The notes beneath the pieces are model-generated. The model saw only the letters and a program-made list of their open reading frames with translations. It had not been told where the DNA came from and did no database searches. Below are positions 61,154 to 64,000 of a DNA stretch of 64,000 nt, piece after piece. The position numbers and the translations under genes are program-made. Each line of letters starts with the position of its first letter. Positions within the stretch are counted from its first letter, which is position 1. The stretch is from an uncultured Lentisphaeraceae bacterium (GTDB taxonomy: Bacteria; Verrucomicrobiota; Kiritimatiellia; RFP12; DVOR01), in the NCBI GenBank assembly GCA_937892925.1, contig CALBHX010000028.1, positions 3,392-67,391 on the forward strand. The letters are read 5' to 3'.

Positions 61154-62389
61154 ATGAAGTGGGAAAAGTTCGAAAATGGGTATTCAGTGCCTGTAAAGAG
61201 CTGGTGCGAGAACTGTGAGGATGGAGTCATGAAGCAGGTGCTCAATCTTGTGAAGCATCCGGCAGTGTTCGACCACGTAGCGCTCATGCCGGACGCACAC
61301 CTGGGCTACGGCATGCCGATCGGCGGTGTGATCGCGTGCGATGGCGCCGTGATCCCGGCGGCGGTCGGCGTCGATATCGGCTGCGGCATGATCGCAGTAG
61401 AAACGGACATCTCGGCGGAACGCTTCGCGAACATGTCGTTCCGGCGGGCCTTTCAAGAGAAACTCAAGGAGCGAATCCCAGTCGGCGAGGGTGTGCCGCA
61501 CCGTAAGGCTCAGTACTGGAAGGGCTTCGAGGAGTACACAGCTAACAACGGCATGCGCTCAAATCTCTGGCCATCGAAGCTCGATCGGCTGAACCTCGGT
61601 ACGCTTGGCGGAGGCAACCACTTCATCGAACTTCAGAGGTCAACAGCGCTCGACGGGAATGGCGCGCCGGAGGGCGGATCGAAAATCTGGCTCATGATCC
61701 ACTCGGGATCGCGCAATCTCGGCAAGCGCATCGAGGAGTACTACCACAAGATCGCGAACCGTCTCTGCACGCGTTTCCGCGTGCCGTTGGCAGATCCCAA
61801 TCTCGCGTTCCTGCCGATCGCGGAGGCTGACGGTCACAACTACTTCACGGACATGCTTTTCGCGCTCCGCTACGCAAAGGAGAATCGCCGCCGGATGATG
61901 GAGGCAATGAAGGCCACCGTCGCCGAGTTCGTGCCGAGCGTGAACTTCCTGCGCACAATCGACATCCATCACAACTATGCTGTTTGCGAGGAACACTTCG
62001 GAAAGAAGGTGTTTGTTCACCGCAAAGGCGCAACATCGGCGAAACTGAACGAGATTGGGATCATCCCAGGCTCGATGGGCACGGCCTCATATATCGTTCG
62101 CGGCCTCGGGAATCCTGATTCGTTCATGTCATGCTCGCACGGTGCGGGCCGCCGCATGAGCCGGATTGCGGCCTCAACCAACCTGACGGTCGAAGCGTGC
62201 GACAAGGCGATGAACGGCATCGTGTACGAGCGCTGGCACACATACAAGGGCTTCGGCAAGTCCAAGCATCGGCTCGACCTCTCGGAGGCTCCGCAAGCTT
62301 ACAAAGACATCGAAGCCGTGATTGCGTCCGAACGCGATCTCGTCGAGCCACGCGTCCGTCTTGTCCCCCTCGCTTCACTGAAGGGATGA
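61154..62389 (+). CDS. rtcB: RNA-splicing ligase RtcB
   Basis: RtcB metal-binding motifs (MPDAHLGYGMPIGGV, GGGNHFIEL, HNYA, SHGAGR). ATG 61154 has an AAGAGG RBS; the track start at 60953 is an upstream extension overlapping rtcA. Confidence 0.9.
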   Translation: MKWEKFENGYSVPVKSWCENCEDGVMKQVLNLVKHPAVFDHVALMPDAHLGYGMPIGGVIACDGAVIPAAVGVDIGCGMIAVETDISAERFANMSFRRAFQEKLKERIPVGEGVPHRKAQYWKGFEEYTANNGMRSNLWPSKLDRLNLGTLGGGNHFIELQRSTALDGNGAPEGGSKIWLMIHSGSRNLGKRIEEYYHKIANRLCTRFRVPLADPNLAFLPIAEADGHNYFTDMLFALRYAKENRRRMMEAMKATVAEFVPSVNFLRTIDIHHNYAVCEEHFGKKVFVHRKGATSAKLNEIGIIPGSMGTASYIVRGLGNPDSFMSCSHGAGRRMSRIAASTNLTVEACDKAMNGIVYERWHTYKGFGKSKHRLDLSEAPQAYKDIEAVIASERDLVEPRVRLVPLASLKG

Positions 62390-62430
62390 CAACCGTCGAT
62401 GAGCTTGTTCATTTTTGAACTTGAACAGAG

Positions 62431-62694
62431 GTGATAACGTTCTTGAAGTCAATAATCACAGACAACCCCATCGACCTCACGAAAGACGCCGTACCTTCGC
62501 TCATGAAGCAAGCGACAAACGTGTGCAACAATCGTGAGCTGCTTCTCTCGGAGCGTCGTTCACGTGCCATATCTTCGTTGCGCTACAACCATCTTCATCT
62601 GCTCCATGTTCACGTTTCTGAGGGCTGTTTTATATATTCCAACCAGGGATCCGGTCCGTTTCGGCGACTCCAATCGTGCTTTTCAATACGATAA
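62431..62694 (+). CDS. hypothetical small protein (87 aa), low confidence
   Basis: ORF in a ~45% GC stretch upstream of the HigA-like gene; no recognisable toxin motifs. Confidence 0.2.
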   Translation: MITFLKSIITDNPIDLTKDAVPSLMKQATNVCNNRELLLSERRSRAISSLRYNHLHLLHVHVSEGCFIYSNQGSGPFRRLQSCFSIR

Positions 62695-62784
62695 AGAAGA
62701 ATGATGAAGCGTATGCTGCAAGCCCATAATGGTATGTTCACTTGAACGTCGGCGCACGGGTTATGCAAGCTTCGGTTCGCGGTT

Positions 62785-62813
62785 GACTTAAGGTACGTCA
62801 AGGGCGTACAATG
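62785..62813 (+). promoter_or_regulatory. sigma70-type promoter TTGACT-N18-TACAAT with overlapping palindrome TTGAC-N9-GTCAA (candidate autoregulatory operator)
   Basis: Located 45 nt upstream of the HTH gene start; the -35 hexamer is part of the inverted repeat TTGACTTAAGGTACGTCAA. Confidence 0.45.
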
Positions 62814-62857
62814 CGCGTGGGTATAAGCAAAGAAACGTTGACGAACTCATAGCGAGT

Positions 62858-63151
62858 ATGCGCGAAGATAGCGAATTCCTACACGGAACAAAAACGGCCT
62901 CTCGTACTTGGTCGGCCGAGGATGGTAAGCATATTGAGAGCAAAGAGGACGTGCAGACTTTGCGCCATACGTTTGGCGTAAGTCAACCCGTATTCGCGGA
63001 GTTCATGTGCGTCAGTGTCAACACGCTGCAGAATTGGGAACAGGGGCGCCGCCAGCCAACAGGAGCGGCGCGGATCCTTTTGACAAATGCCTGCAGCAGC
63101 CGACACTTTCCCGCAAAACTATGGCGGAAAGTTTCTCTGACATGCGATTGA
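62858..63151 (+). CDS. HTH XRE-family, HigA-like type II antitoxin-type DNA-binding protein
   Basis: C-terminal HTH with the characteristic FGVSQPVFAEFMCVSVNTLQNWEQGRRQPTGAARILL motif. Confidence 0.65.
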   Translation: MREDSEFLHGTKTASRTWSAEDGKHIESKEDVQTLRHTFGVSQPVFAEFMCVSVNTLQNWEQGRRQPTGAARILLTNACSSRHFPAKLWRKVSLTCD

Positions 63152-63215
63152 CCCGATAAGGCCACATTGTGATTCTTCTGCACGACACTCGTCAATCTAA
63201 GCATGAATTACCTAT

Positions 63216-63827
63216 ATGGAAGGATATCCGGTGGATGCCACTTTCACAGCAGATGCGCTCGCACAAGCGTTTATTGAGTACAAGGAACGCCTGATGGCGC
63301 TCGTGAAGAAGAACCTCAATCCGATTCTTCTCAAGCGGTTGTCGTATGAGGACGTCCTCCAGTCCGCCTACGAGGCGGCTGCGAAGCGGCTTGACTATTT
63401 TTCCTCAGCCGCGGACGTACCGGTCTACTTCAAACTCCGCACCATTCTCCTCCAGACGATTACCGATCTCTCTCGCCGCCATCTTCAGTCAGAGAGCCGC
63501 GATGCATACAAAGAGGTGAAGGTGAGGGGTGAAGGTGACGATGGGAATCAATCCGGCGTGGTGATCGAGAATCTGGCGGCGAACGTGACTTCTCCAGTTT
63601 CGCGAATGGATCGGGATGAACGGCATGCTCTTCTCCGTCGTGCCGTGGACGCGCTTGCGAAGGCAGATCGGCAGATTATTATTCTCCGACATTTTGACGC
63701 CTTCGAGAATTCGCAATGCGCCGACATTCTCGGCATCGAACCGAAGGCGGCATCCATCCGTTATGTCCGAGCTCTCGAGCGTCTTCAGAAGAAGCTGATG
63801 GAACTCTCATACTTCAGAAAGGCATGA
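63216..63827 (+). CDS. ECF-type sigma-70 family RNA polymerase sigma factor
   Basis: Region 2-like (LSYEDVLQSAYEAA) and region 4 HTH (RQIIILRHFDAFENSQCADILGIEPKAASIRYVRALERLQKKL). Confidence 0.8.
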   Translation: MEGYPVDATFTADALAQAFIEYKERLMALVKKNLNPILLKRLSYEDVLQSAYEAAAKRLDYFSSAADVPVYFKLRTILLQTITDLSRRHLQSESRDAYKEVKVRGEGDDGNQSGVVIENLAANVTSPVSRMDRDERHALLRRAVDALAKADRQIIILRHFDAFENSQCADILGIEPKAASIRYVRALERLQKKLMELSYFRKA

Positions 63828-63832
63828 TCGCA

Positions 63833-64000
63833 TGAGCGAAGATGCGGAACTTCCGGCTGAACTGAGAACACTCGCGGCGGAACTCGATGCGTTGGGTGGT
63901 GTATCGAACGGGCCTTTAGTGGATGCCCTCCCCAATCTGGACGGGACGGATTTCCGTCCGCTTGCACTTCTGGGGCGTGGTGGCATGGGAGAGGTTTACG
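63833..64000 (+). CDS. Ser/Thr protein kinase, N-terminal fragment truncated by window end
   Basis: ATG 63833 lies 5 nt after the sigma-factor gene; the Gly-rich ATP-binding loop LLGRGGMGEVY is at the window edge. Confidence 0.6.

Overview
This is high-GC (~60-63%) bacterial chromosome, mostly housekeeping genes. Gene content (fused SecDF, an ECF sigma next to a Ser/Thr kinase, pseudopilin-like proteins, glycan-degrading enzymes) suggests a PVC-group-like organism; that is inference only. The provided ORF track lists only complete ORFs and shows GTG/TTG starts as M, so edge-truncated genes and the RNA genes were found by reading the sequence directly.

Core genes in order:
- A 3'-truncated SPFH/band-7 gene (-).
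- An orphan Opp/Dpp-type ABC permease and uvrC (+).
- A complete F1Fo ATP synthase operon atpBEFHAGDC (-, 10597 to 4301).
- A lipoprotein gene, dgt, a heparinase II/III-like lyase, a PhoA-like alkaline phosphatase and an ABC-F ATPase.
- A Trp-rich repeat protein co-transcribed with mlaE-mlaF-mlaD.
- A histone-H1-like/DksA-TraR zinc-finger fusion, a B12-binding radical SAM protein and trmB.
- rpoB-rpoC, not preceded by ribosomal protein genes.
- leuA with a candidate Leu leader-peptide attenuator, followed by an orphan class-I fumarase beta-type subunit.
- An AP-superfamily phosphodiesterase, a GspG-like protein, and a ribose-5-phosphate isomerase B (rpiB) / serine hydroxymethyltransferase (glyA) fusion.
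- tRNA-Gln(CUG), a 2x[4Fe-4S] ferredoxin, an Orn/Lys/Arg decarboxylase, proC-proB, gatCAB, yajC, fused secDF and tRNA-Ser(UGA).

Immediately downstream of tRNA-Ser the GC content and codon usage drop (~46-57%), suggesting a horizontally acquired island. It carries:
- A DUF1848 Cys-cluster protein and a frameshifted gene remnant.
- A divergently arranged RNA-repair module: a CARF/sigma54-type activator RtcR, and a canonical sigma54 promoter (TGGCAC-N5-TTGCA) driving a four-gene operon. The operon is a classic-clade AAA+ ATPase, a 303-aa unknown protein, RtcA (RNA 3'-phosphate cyclase) and RtcB (RNA ligase).
- An orphan HigA-like HTH antitoxin with a palindromic operator-promoter, and an ECF sigma factor followed by a Ser/Thr kinase truncated at the window end.

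The RtcR-controlled operon with two uncharacterised extra components, the AAA+ ATPase and the 303-aa protein, is the best candidate for an undescribed system.
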